Source of the DNA: Octopus bimaculoides
Taxonomy: Eukaryota
Assembly: GCF_001194135.2 (NCBI RefSeq)
Contig: NC_068997.1
Span: forward strand, 37,271,180 to 37,335,179
Length of the DNA: 64,000 nt
Direction of reading: 5' to 3'
Shown here: positions 12,612 through 24,840 of the stretch, in pieces
How the letters are laid out: the number at the start of each line of letters is the position of its first letter
Numbering within the stretch: the stretch's first letter is position 1
Notes under the pieces: generated by a model
What the model saw: only the letters and a program-made list of their open reading frames with translations
What the model was told of the DNA's origin: nothing
Databases searched by the model: none
Position numbers and translations under genes: made by a program

Positions 12612-13040
12612 ATAGGGCCACCTTGGAAGATTGTTGAGATAGACAAAACAGTCTTAAGACATAGATACAACCGAGGAAGGGTTTCTGTCTGAACAGTAGT
12701 TTTTCGGAGGAGTGTGTCGCAAGATCCGACATGTTCTTAATGCGGTGCTATGTCGGAATCACGACACACTAGAGTAATACATACGTCAGTCGATTCTTCC
12801 AGGAACCACAATTTTCAGTGACTTGTGCAGAGCCTACTCTCACATTCCTAAAACTGGTGGTTATAATTTTCGGTACAGAACAGTGAACCACAACGTTGAG
12901 TGTATTAACTCCAAAGATGGTACCCATACGCAACAATGGAAAACAGCACATAGGCCAGTGTAAAAGGAGCGAATAAACAACGCTGTGGGACCCACCGTCC
13001 TATGGTTAATTTGTATCTCTGTGAGTTTATGTGGTGCAGG
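12612..13040 (+). mobile_element. Merlin (IS1595/ISXO2-like) DDE transposase relic
   Basis: With one frameshift and stops it reads IGPPWKIVEIDKTVLRHRYNRGR / FFGGVCRK / ILPGTTIFSDLCRAY / YRTVNHNVE...DGTHTQ. This matches the VEIDE-YNRGR-W.FGG-SD.W.AY-VNH-G.HTQ motif order of this family. Confidence 0.8.
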
Positions 13041-13784
13041 AAATATGAAATTTGTAATATGTTTGAGGAGAAACTCTTAGTGTATCTCAAACTTTCGTTT
13101 TTGAATTTTCACTATAAAAAAAAAATGCATTAATTGTTTACATGAACTGAACTACAATAGTATAACGTACAGTTTGAGTTTAATTGTAATTTAACGTAGT
13201 TTGTTTCTTCTTATTGTAATTTTTCGCCATAAAAAAAAGAAAAATTCATTGGGGATTTTTCCTTTTTATATTATCTATTCCAACGTTTTACATGATTATC
13301 TTTTTAGACTTATCAAAACATACTTTCGTCCTGGTAATACATTGCTTTCAATGTTTAATAAAAGTTTGTTGTCGTACTGTTGTGCTAGACAGCTATCACG
13401 CACAAAACGTCAACTTCCAAATCTTGTTTTCTATAGGGTAAAAATGATCAAACTTTAAATATCAAACATTTTCCTAAAATTTTTCTGGAACTAGCAAATA
13501 ACATTTGATTCAACGTGAAAAATAACATCAATATATCAAATTTGAAAATTTTCACTTAATTTTTGAGTTTCAAGATCTGTAACAGCAACAAAAAAGATCC
13601 GGTTTGTCTGTTATTTTTTCTAATTATGTTTTCTGTTAGATTCTGAAAAGAGGGCTTTGGAAGAGATTTTGGGATTTTATCGTTTGATTTGCGGAGCCCA
13701 AATTTTATCTCTAAATTTTTTACACGAATGTGGTTTTGTGTGCTAATAATGAAAAGTATATTTGGGGAGAAATTAATAATAATT

Positions 13785-13997
13785 ATTTCAAATTTTTGTC
13801 ACAAGGGCAGCTTGGGGGAGGTGGTGATGAGTCGATTATGTAGATCCCAGTGTTCAACTGGTACTTATTTTATCGACTCCGAAAGGATGAAAGGCAAAGT
13901 CGACCTCTGCGAAATTTGGACTCAGAACGTTGCGACTGGCGAAATACCGCTAAGCATTTCGTCCAGTGTGCTAACGATTCTGTCAGCACGCTGCCTT
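13785..13997 (-). mobile_element. Meta-domain-like SINE
   Basis: Reverse-complement homolog of 9751-9965. Confidence 0.85.
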
Positions 13998-15070
13998 AAA
14001 AGAAATGTTGTTAAGCATTTTGTCTAGCATGTTAATGATTCAGCCGGCTTACAGCCTTAGGTGAAATTAATAATAATAAAGTTACAAATGTTCGAAGATT
14101 GAAATGTTTGGTAATTTTAGCTAATCAGATCCACCCGCTCTCTACAACGTCGTCACTATGTTATGGAAGGCTATGTTTTTGATTTTACTTTCGATATGCA
14201 TGTAAGGAAACTTAGTACTTATATTTTTGAGAAATTAATTATAGCAGAATTACAAAGCATTTATAAATGAAAAAAAAAAAAAATTAACTTTGTAATGAAA
14301 TTTTGCAATGCACTAAAGTTCCTAACCCTAATTTCTAAGCTAAGCCCTAAACTTAACCCTAACCCTAATGTTCTCGTTTTTTTTCATGAAATTTTTTCTT
14401 ACACACACACACACACTCACACACGTTTATATTGATTTAATTCACTGTACGTATATCATCGTGTAAATTTGTACGAGCGCCATAGAAAATAAGCGAGGGC
14501 ATTCATATCTGCTGACAGTTACATTTAATACTTTTTCCGCTGTGTTATGTATTTGTTTCTTTTTGCATTTCTTTTTTTTTTTCGCATCTGATTGTTATTG
14601 ATCTTCTATAATAATGAAGCTATATCCCTTAATTTGCTGCTTTTCTATACACATACCGAGAAGAAAACTTGCGGAACAGACGTTGTTTTATGAGATACAT
14701 TTTATAATCACTTGAAGAGGAACATCTACAATGACAGATACTCCTAAACCAGTTGTTCAATATACCACCCGTGAGGGATTGATGCTAGATGGGTCGAAAC
14801 AATTGTAGTGATCAATAAACATTGTTGTATTTTCCATCTTCTATCTCTCTCATTAATCAAATATATATAATTGTTTGTGCAGTTTTTCAGTATTTACAAA
14901 TAATACGGAAAAAAAAAAATAGTTACCAGGGTAGCAAAAATTCACATAAGTACCAAGGATGTAACAGCCTACTTATAAAGGTAGAAGTTCCAGGGTTTAG
15001 GGAAATGTTTTTGTATCATATAGATAAATAAATAAATGGAGTTAAACACAGTGTTATTCAAATATTTATG

Positions 15071-15157
15071 CTTCCGACATATGTTTCAAAGAAAACATTG
15101 ATATTATTCCAGAAGGAATAAAATAATGTAAAACAATGCGATCTTCTCATCAGCGAA
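15071..15157 (-). ncRNA. Type I hammerhead motif with a GUC cleavage triplet
   Basis: Minus strand: TTCG-CTGATGA-GAAGA...TCTTT-GAAAC-ATAT-GTC-GGAAG. The first stem I pair is a G.G mismatch. Confidence 0.7.
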
Positions 15158-16090
15158 ACAAGAGAAACAAAATGCATCAATAAGACATTTTAACTGAATG
15201 TGATTACTGCATATATAATGAAGGGAACGCTGGTAAGTTATTTTAAAAAAAACACTGTTGATAGATATAACGTCTTCACGTAACAATAAGTTGTTAAATA
15301 CAAATCCACTTAATGAAAATAATAACATTGATATTATTAACACTAGCCATTCTTTGAACAATAATAGCAACAATATTAGTATTTCTGATATAAATTAAAT
15401 TCCAATCGTATTCGTTTCCTTAGCAGCAATTCTAAGGCTAGAAACTATATTTATCAATGTAAAATTACTTCCGATTCTGACGTCTTTTTTGTATAGGTAG
15501 TTCTTCATCTCAGTTGCCCAAAAGAATAACCATTATTCTACGTTTAGACATATCAATAAACACAACAATACTGGGCTTAGTAAATCAATTTGGTCTCCAA
15601 AGGAACATAATAAACAATTTGATTTGGAATGGAATATTGTATTTAGGTCCTTTCCTAATGATAAAGATAAATATTTTTGTTTACTCTGTAATGATGAACT
15701 GTATTTCATCCTGTTTCTCTTGTAAACATGTTTCAAGAACGCGTTTATCATTGCAAATATTGGCAAAAAGCATACCCTTAGTTCCTATAAGTAATTTCTA
15801 CTATCTATAAAATTTGACCTTTAAATGTCTTCTTACATTTCACTTCCACTAAATACATCTATTTCCACACCTTTAACCATTATTCCTATTCACCTATCGC
15901 ACTATATTTCTCCACTTTTAGTTTTCTGCTAATTTCTTTCTTCCTCCTCCTTCTCTTTCTATAAATTGCCTTTGACATTATATCTATTAGTGTTTTTTTT
16001 CTTTAAATAACTTACCAGCGTTCCCTTTATCATATAGGTGGTAATTACATTCGGTTAAAATGTCTTATTGATGTGTTTTGCTTCTCTTTT

Positions 16091-16176
16091 TTCCCTGATG
16101 AGAAGATTGCATTGTTTTACATCATTTTATTCCTTCTGGAATAATGCCAATGTTTTCATTGAAACATATGTTGGAA
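16091..16176 (+). ncRNA. Type I hammerhead motif with a GUU triplet
   Basis: TTCC-CTGATGA-GAAGA...TCATT-GAAAC-ATAT-GTT-GGAA. Stem I TTCC/GGAA is perfect. Confidence 0.7.
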
Positions 16177-17334
16177 GTATTAAGATTTGAATAACACCTG
16201 TGTTTAACTCTATTTATTTATTCATTTATTTATTTATCTATCTATCTATATATCTATATCTATGTGTGTGTATGTGTGTGTGTTCCTTATAACATGACAT
16301 TGCCAACACATAGCAATTGCAATTTCTGTTATGTCAGTAATAGAAAATCTGATTTTAATTCATTAACATTCGTAGCTATCTTATTATTATTTTCGCCTGC
16401 AAATGAATGTGATATTTGTAACAAGCATGCACTATTTTTAAAGTAATAAACGAGCTCTGTAAGTCTAATAGAAAAGACCTGCTTTCAGTTTTACAAAAGC
16501 TTTCATGTTTGCTGAGGTAGAAGTTGTTGGTGGTGGTGTAAAAGCTTTAATTTTCTCAAATGCTTTCACTGTCGGTTGTGTTTAAATTCCTGAGGACTTC
16601 GTTAGTGACATTAGAACTCAGAATGTAGAGATTCGAAACTAAATGTTATAACATATAAATATGCCTGTCATTCTGCTACTTCTCTTATGTAATACAATGA
16701 AATTAATTTTGTTATAAAGTATTATTTACTCATTCAATATTACTAATTGAAATACTTGAGTTGCTCGCTAGTACTTTTATCCACTCTCTATTCAGATATT
16801 TATTAAATGTCTTCCATTGAAATATTTCAGATTTCTATGGTTATAATGCAATACATTTCTTAATAATTTTCTACTTAAAGATAACGATGGTAATGTCTTT
16901 AAAAAGTTTGATAGCTTGTAATTTCAACGATTCTTCAATTTTCCTATAATTAAAAATTGTAATTTTTAAGTTAATTTCTGTTTTATTAGAGTAATATAAT
17001 AAAAAAAGGACAGTTTTCATATGTTGCTGTTTACTTCTCTTCATATTTACAGTATGAGGTTTTGTAGTAACTTTTTCCTTTTTTCACCTTTTACTAGTCT
17101 CAATCATTAGACTGGGGCCACACTGAAGTGCTGCCTTGAAGAACTTTAGTTGAACCAATTGACCCCAGTACTTATGTATCTTTTAAAGCCTGATACTTAT
17201 TCTAATGGGCTCTTTTGCCAAACCACTAAGTTACAGTTGTCAGGCAGTAGGGGAGGAGGACAAACAAAGACACACACTTATATATATATCAGACAGGCTG
17301 CCCCTGGGAGCTCCTCTATACTGATAACCTTACT

Positions 17335-18668
17335 CTAATAGCTGAGTCACTACCAGAATTAGAGATGAAGTTTCAGGTGTGGAAGCAAGGTCTAGAATTG
17401 AAGGGCCTTAGAGTTAATCTAGCAAAATCAAAGTCCTAGTAAGTAGGAAGGTAGACAAATCACAAACCCATTCAGGTGGATGGCCCTGCTCGATCTGTAG
17501 AAAAGGTATAGGTAGAAACTCCATAAGATGTACCTGGAGTAAGCTATGGTCACATAAAAGGTGCAGCAATATCAAAGGAAGGTTAACCAGGGAGATAATT
17601 TTGTGTGTGGCAGATGCACAGGGGCAATAAATACCGAAGATGTACAGAAAACAGATTCCATCACATGCCAGGAGGAAAAACTAGAAGTAGTTGATAGCTT
17701 CTGCTACCTAGGTGACCAAATCTGTAGTGGGAGTGGATGCTCTGAGAGCATAGCTGCTAGAATAAGGATAGCCTGGGCAAAGTTAAGAAAGCTCCTACCT
17801 CTGCTGGCAACAAGGGGCCTCTTGCTCAGAGTGAAAGGTAAACGGTATGATGCATGTGTACGAACTGCCATGCTACACTGCAGTGAAACATGGCCCATGA
17901 CTGCTGAGGAGATGCGTAGGCCTGAAAGAAATGAAGCTAGTATGATCCACTGGATGTGTAATGTCAGTATGCATACACAACAAAGTGTAAGCACCCTGGG
18001 AGAAAAGTTGGATATAAGAAGCATCAGATGTGGTGTGCAAGAAAGATGGCTGCACTGGTATGGTCATGTGCTAAGTATGGATGAGGACAGCTGTGTGAAG
18101 AAGTGTCACACCTTAACAATGGAAGGAATGCGTGGAAAAGGTAGACCCAGGAAGATATGGGATGAGGTGGTGAAGCATGACTTTCAAATGTTGGGCCTCA
18201 CAGAGGTAATGACAAGAGACCGGGAACTTTGGAGGTATGCTGTGATTGAGAAAACCTGACAAGTAAAGTGAGATTACAGCTGTGGCCAATGCTAGTGTTG
18301 CATAACTGACCCATTTAAAAGTTCTCTTGAAGCATCAGGTGATATGATCTGCTTTAGAAGACCTGTTAGAGTCAAATGCGCCTGACTGGCACCCATGCTG
18401 GTGGCATGTAAAAGGTACCATGCAAATGTGGTCGATGCCAGTTCCTCCTGACTGGTTCCTGTGCCAGTGACACATAAAAGGCACCATCCAAACATGGTTG
18501 GTGCCAGTGTCCCCTGACTGGCTCCCATACTGGTGGCACATAAAAAGCACCCACTACACTCTCGTAGTGGTTGACATTAGGAAGGGCATCCAGCTGTAGA
18601 AACCTTGCCAGATCAGATTGGAGCCTGGTGCAGCCTACTGGCTTGCCAGTCCTCTGTCAAACCTTCCA
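17335..18668 (+). mobile_element. 5'-truncated RTE-clade LINE (post-RT C-terminus and structured 3' UTR)
   Basis: ORF 17561-18259 contains LEVVDSFCYLGD, CVRTAMLHCSETW, LHWYGHV and GKGRPRKIWDEVV. The 3' UTR has tandem GGTGGCACATAAAAAGCACC units. Confidence 0.88.
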
Positions 18669-18689
18669 ACTCATGCCAGCATGGATATA

Positions 18690-18972
18690 TATCATCATCA
18701 TCATCATCATCATCATCATCGTTTAACGTCCGCCTTCCATGCTAGCATGGGTTGGACGATTTGACTGAGGACTGGTGAAACCGGATGGCAACACTAGGCT
18801 CCAATCTAATTTGGCAGAGTTTCTACAGCTGGATGCCCTTCCTAACGCCAACCATTCAGAGAGTGTAGTGGGTGCTTTTACGCATCACCCGCATGAAGGC
18901 CAGTCAGGCGGCACCGGCAACGGCCACGCTCGAAATGGTGTCTTTTATGTGCCACCTGCACAAAAGCCAGTC
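18690..18972 (-). mobile_element. RTE 3' tail or RTE-tail SINE ending in (GAT)n
   Basis: Reverse-complement homolog of the 18500-18668 tail, with a (CAT)n run on the + strand. Confidence 0.8.
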
Positions 18973-19001
18973 CACACACACACACACACACACATATATA
19001 C

Positions 19002-19157
19002 ATATATGATAGGCTTCTTTCAGTTTCTCTCCCAAACCCACTCATGTGCCTTCAGTTGGCCTGAGGCTGTAGTAGAAGACACTTGACCAAGGTGCCATGC
19101 AGTGGAACTGAACCCGGAACCATGTGGTTGGAAAGCAAGCTTCTTACCACACTGCCA
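19002..19157 (-). mobile_element. tRNA/CORE-like SINE head fragment
   Basis: Homologous to the heads at 24550-24708 and 40308-40460. Confidence 0.75.
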
Positions 19158-19244
19158 TAAGAATTTTCTACTAAAAGTTGTGAAATTTAAAAAAGATTTT
19201 TACTACATTCCTCCATTGTTTTAAATCTAATACACCAGAATGGA

Positions 19245-19790
19245 TTAATTTTAGCACCCTTTGACTTGGGGAAAACCTTTGACAATGTGCATTGCTCTAT
19301 AATCTGATGGTTTCTAAGGAAACTAGGTGTATATGAATGGCTAGTGAGGGTTGTATGAAAGTGCAGTCTGTAAAGTGGGAGTCAGTGATGAATTCAGTAG
19401 GAAGATAAGAGTCTATCAAGGCTTAATCCTTAACCTCCTCATTTTCATCATTCTTCTATCCGTCGTCATAAAGTTGTTTTAAAACTGGCTTCCAATGGAA
19501 ACTCTTATATGCTAATGATCTTATACTTAAAGCTGAATCTATAGCAGAATTAGGGAAGAAATTACGTGATATGGAATCAAAACCAAGAAGTGAGAGGCCT
19601 TGTGGTAAACTTGGCAAATACTAAAGTGTTAGTAAGTAGGAAAGAAGACAGGACCCTGAATTCATCAGAGAAATGGCCTTGCTCAGTGTGCAGGCATCAA
19701 TCACTAAGAGCACAGAGGAAATAAGTTCACTAGAAGTTGATAGCTTGTGTTAAACTAGGTGACATAGTTAGCATGGAGGCAATTGTTCTG
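19245..19790 (+). mobile_element. Decayed RTE reverse-transcriptase fragment
   Basis: Degenerate DLGKTFD, LRKLGV.EWLVRVV, V.QG...L and LLYANDLIL motifs. Confidence 0.7.
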
Positions 19791-20809
19791 AAAGTAAGTA
19801 TAGTATGTTTGGTGATAATTCAACTAAATTCATATTTTCTATTCAAAGACGATGCTGAAAATTGGAGAAGTTGATTATGAATGCCAGAGAGAATGAAGAA
19901 AAGCCAGTTGCTGGCTGGTTGGCAAAATGATTCCTATCCTTAAATGGCTGGTATCAAAGTAAATTTTTCCCACAAATTTTTCCTGTCCTGTAAGATAGGG
20001 TGCAACTAAATTGTGATGTTTCTCAGTTTGTAATGATATGATATATGTGGCCACATGGGTGATAGAATGCCAACTATTAAACATGTGTCCTATCATGTGT
20101 TGTCTACATAATATTTCACTTTAACATGAGATGGTTACTACAAGTACTTTTTTTATTATTATTTCTAAGCACACGTAGTTATACGCACTTATGCAGATGA
20201 TACCACTCTTTATGTTTCAATAACATTTTGTACATATGATTCCTTCACGTACAAAAGAGGTATTGCATACTAAACATACAAAAGTTTTATAATTATAAAC
20301 CTCAAAATATTACTTCAAATATTCTTTCAGCAGCCAGTACATTTATAAAGGACATTTTTATGTTCTATACTTTACCACTCAAATTTGTAACAAGCTTAGA
20401 TTCACAGTATCTGAGGTCTCTAAAATCCCATATAATAAAAGAAAGTTTAAGCTGACCAAAATAGTAATTTAGTATAAGTAACTTATGAATTTGTAAAATT
20501 AAAGATTCCTTCTTTGTCTTAGCAAAATGCACTCCTACAGGTTCTTATGTAATTTTTAACCTTTGTATTAATAAAAGGTTCCCCTACCCTAAACATAGAT
20601 GGGTCTTCTCTTTTATTTTTGGTGGAAGGCACATCATGCCTTTCAGTTTAATACACACTCCTGGTTCACGGTTCCTTTTACTGAAAATTGCAAGCTAGGA
20701 GTGTTTATTAGATCAGGCTTCTGGATAGGGACTATCATAATCTAACAGCCTGCAGATGCCCCTTGAACTTTCCTTGATGTCAAAAACTAATATTACATCC
20801 ACTTGAAAT

Positions 20810-21200
20810 CATAGTCGCGGCTGATGCCAGTGCCGTCTAACTAGCATCCATGCTGATGGCACATAAAAAGCACCATTTTAGCATTGGGCCTCACGGAGGC
20901 AGCAACAGGTGTCCAAGACCTTTGGTGATATATTGTGCTTGAGACGACCTGTCAAACCAAGTGAGATTGTAGTCATGGCTGATGCCGGTGTCATGTCAAT
21001 GGCACCCATGCTGGTGGCATGTAAAAAGCATCTGCTACACTCTTGGAGTGGTTGACATTAGGAAGAACATCCAGCTGTAGAAACCATGTCAAATTAGATT
21101 GGAACCTGGTGCAACTCCCAGCTTACCAGTTTTCAGTCAAACTGTCTAGCCCATGCCAGCATGGAATGTGGACATTAAATGATGAAGATGATGATGGTGA
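20810..21200 (+). mobile_element. RTE 3' tail copy
   Basis: Homologous to 18260-18668 and ends in (GAT)n. Confidence 0.75.
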
Positions 21201-21249
21201 TGATCACTGAACAATTCCCCCTTACTTTCTTCGGTATCCATGAACTCTG

Positions 21250-22700
21250 ATTCAAACTAGACTTCATACATCACTTCTTACTGACATGCAAATCACATGC
21301 TTTATTTCTCTCTAAGACAACAATCTCTCACTCTTTATCTATAATCCAGTGGTGTCACCTCTTTCTTGCCTGGATGTCAATAACAAAGACTTCCAGTTAC
21401 TGTGGATCAAATCTCTCTTGCCAACTTCTCTGTATACCTGTTACCTCTACTATTCCTCAGACTCTCCAACCACTAATAATTCTTTGACCCTGTTTCTACA
21501 TTGAAGATGTCCATTTCACTTCACTTCTTTCTCAAGTCATTATCTTTGCTAACTGTAATGTTTACAACCCTTCTTATCTCTCTCACATACACCATTACTG
21601 ATGCTATTGATAAAGAAATGAAAATTTTCTCTATCCTGAACTTTATAAGTCACCTATTTTTTCCCATCACATGCATCTTTTATTATCACACTGGTACCTC
21701 AAACACCTTTGGTCTCTTTCTCACTCCTAAACCCACGAGTAAATTATCTCTGTCTCTGCACCTATTGGATTGCTTGACTATTGCCTGATCATGTCTAACC
21801 ATGGTATGTCACTCTGCTCCCCACTCTTCCTAGGCTCCATAGCAATTCAAGCCAGTTAAATGATCAGCATTCAGATCATCTAATTGGCTTGAGTTGCTAT
21901 GGGTCAGGAATATGATTCACTCCCAATCCATCAGAATCAGTTAGGTAGGTCACTGAAGTTATCCTCTTAAGCATCTCCTACTTTCCTCTCATAAACAAAC
22001 CTCAAAGCTGCTAGTCCTCTAAATGGTTAACTCATACTTGTATTGTAGGTCAGTGAAAGAATATAACCTACAATTCTTGGGAAAATATCCCTTTCCCACC
22101 TCTTGTAAGATTATCATCTGAAATATGAAGGATACCTCCACACATTGTAGAACCCTAACGCCTTTCTATGCCCCATAACACTTCCAGTTAACTTACTGGT
22201 TTGAACCTTGTCAGTTCTATGCTAACGATCCCTGAAAGTACATGTGCTGGTTAGAACACAGCCAGTGATATCCTCTTTTCCTTTACTATACAAATATGAT
22301 GACTTGATAAACTGTTGTAAACATGCTAAATAAACCTCCTCCAAAAACTATTCTTTTCCTTTCCAACAGTATCATCACCCTACACATACATGCCAGGTGT
22401 GATAGCACCTTCGATCACTTTAAATCAACAAGGTCACTAATCTTGGCAATGTTCCTCTTATTATCCTCAAATAACATACCCCATAACTATTCCTATTCTC
22501 AATAAACTCCTCAACTTCTCTCCTTCTACAGAGATATATCCTTACCTTTGAAAACACTCTATAGTGTGTCTCATTTCTTAGGATGAATAACTCCTCTGAT
22601 TCTGCCCACTAACATCCTATTTCACTCATTTCTAATATCCCAAAGGTTGTGAAAACAACATTAACACCAACCTTCTCCATCATCTTGAATCCTTCTTCTT
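21250..22700 (+). mobile_element. Decayed CR1/L2-group LINE (APE endonuclease region)
   Basis: ORF 21501 contains NTFGLFLT...LLDCLTI, resembling the NTLDLFLT...PLG.SDH motif of apurinic endonucleases. Heavily mutated. Confidence 0.5.
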
Positions 22701-24301
22701 AGTGACTACCAGTAAGGCACTACTAAAGCCAGAATTATGGAAGATTTCACTTGTGCCTCGCACCAGTGGGCCCTTGTCTTTGAAATATTTTGTGAAAACA
22801 GTGTTATCATGGTCAGTATCAGCAAAGCAATTAAGCATTTATAAGTGAATCTTCTGGCAAAACTGTCCCCCTCTGGGCTCTGTCTAGCTCTTTTCTCTTG
22901 GATTGATGGCTTCCTATGTGAACAAAACACTTTCTGCCCCACTTTATCATGTTTTTGACAAGGAAACTTTGAATGAACAGTGCATCTCACAATAAACACA
23001 TGAGCTGATTAGGGAAATGTTTTATGGTCAGTTGACTGGCTAAATATAATAAACTAATCTCCGTCAAGTAAATACCTACTATATTAAATAAACAAAAGAT
23101 ACTTTAGACAATGTAGTCCTAGATATACTAAAAGAACATCTTTGATTATAGATCAACTAAAAGCTAACTTGTGGTTAAACAACAACAACGTCAACATAAA
23201 TACATGACCATGGAAAGCAGGCAGAACCAATGATTGTTTTGTTCAGCCAATTGTATCATATGTCAACAACAACAATAATAATAACAATTTCAAGAGTAGC
23301 ACAACATCATATAAAGCTTCTATTGATATATACTATTTCAACAATTGCACCTTCTTTCTCTCACCTTATATCAAAACTATATATTTTTATAATAATTAAA
23401 TAAGATATTTTGAAAAAGTGGTATCTGAGTGATTAAGAAGTTTGCTTTCTAAACATGTGGTTCTGAGTTCAATTCTATTGAGGAGCACCTTTAGCAAGTG
23501 TCGTCTATAGTACCAGGCTGACCAAAACCTTTTGAGTAGATTTTGTAGACAGGAACTGAACGAAGTTCATTGTACAAATGTGTTTGTGCTGGCTGTAAAC
23601 AAGCATTACACTCATAAAAGTAATGCTGTTTGTGAAAAATGTGAAGAATCTTGTGAAAAATGTGTCTGGCCATGGGGAAATATGACCTTGTTTGGAAACA
23701 AGTGAGGGTTGGTGATAGGAAGGACATCTGGCCATAGAACATGTTTCTACACATTCTGTCAAATCCATGAAGGCATGAAAAAGTGAATGCTAAAACGAGG
23801 GTTTATTTCCATTACACTCACTTTCACTTTAGATAATAGTTAATAATTGATAAGAGTTTTAGTGGTCTGTGTAATTTGTTGAATTATTTTAGACCTGAGA
23901 TGCTGCAGTAAAATCTATACAGGTCTTATTTTCAGTCTTTTCTTTTCTTTCTCTAAATTTTGATGGTCAGACTTCTGCAGAAATTATATGAATCTCACAG
24001 CTTCCAATTTATTTTCCTTTGGAATTCTAAAAGTTTTCTGAAAATTATTAATTTTCATTAACAACTTTCAAATGTTTTTTTTAGTTCAATATTCACTTTC
24101 AGAATGGTTTTATGCATTTTCCTACAAACTTTCATTTGGGTGAAATTTCCCTGGATTGGAGGGATCACAGCCATAATTTCACTCGTGAAAACCATGCAGG
24201 CTGGTTTCTTTGTATTGTCATCAGATTCTGATCCTCTAGATTGCTTTCTTCCCACCTCTTGTAGTAGGCTGGTGGCTGCCATGAACAAAGTTATGGATAT
24301 T

Positions 24302-24708
24302 ACTCTTTTACTCTTTTACTTGTTTCAGTCAAATGACTGTGGCCATGTTGGAGCACCACCTTTAGTCGAGCAAATCGACCCTAGGACTTATTCTTTGTAA
24401 GCCTGGTACTTATTCTATCGGTCTCTTTTGCCAAACCGCTAAGTTACGGTGACGTAAACACACCAACATCGGGTGGGGGGGGGACAAACACAGACACACA
24501 AACATATACACACACATACATATATATATATATATACATATATATGAATGGCTTCTTTCAGTTTCCGTTTACCAAATCCACTCACATGGCTTTGGTTGGC
24601 CCGAGGCTATAGTAGAAGACACTTACTCAAGGTGCCACACAGTGGGACTGAACCCAGAACCATGTGGCTGGTAAGCAAGCTACTTAACACACAGCCACTC
24701 CTGCACCT
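24302..24708 (-). mobile_element. Full-length tRNA/CORE-like SINE
   Basis: Head GGTGCAGGAGTGGCTGTG...GGGTTCAGTCCC, CORE-like TTGAGTAAGTGTCTT, an internal TA/TG microsatellite and a GTAAAAGA-repeat tail. Confidence 0.88.
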
Positions 24709-24721
24709 ATAGGATGGAGAG

Positions 24722-24840
24722 ACGTTTACAGCACCTAGGCTTCCCAAGCGGTCACCCATCTAAGTACTAACTAGGCTCGACGTTGCTTAACTTTGGTGAT
24801 CAGATGAGAACCGATGTTTTCAAAGTGATATGGCCGTAAA
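24722..24840 (-). pseudogene. 5S rRNA pseudogene, essentially full length
   Basis: The reverse complement reads TTTACGGCCATATCACTTTGAAAACATCGGTTCTCATCTGATCACCAAAGTTAAGCAACGTCGAGCCTAGTTAGTACTTAGATGGGTGACCGCTTGGGAAGCCTAGGTGCTGTAAAC. It aligns end to end with metazoan 5S. Several differences are CpG-type transitions and no oligo-T terminator follows. Confidence 0.93.

Larger units (their letters stand above)
15021..16240 (+). mobile_element. Truncated Penelope-like element: GIY-YIG endonuclease relic between inverted pseudo-LTRs
   Basis: Arms 15021-15275 and 15974-16240 are inverted repeats. The spacer encodes NYIYQC..(C/Y)IGSSS..KRI / HYSTFRHINKHNNTGLSKSIW...EWNIV...CLLCNDELYFI, typical of the Penelope GIY-YIG C-terminus. 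Confidence 0.8.

Noticed and set aside
22706-22999. Minus-strand ORF with integrase-like words (CQKH, LILTMI, HWCEA)
   Set aside because: Motif spacing is too degenerate to assign without a profile search.
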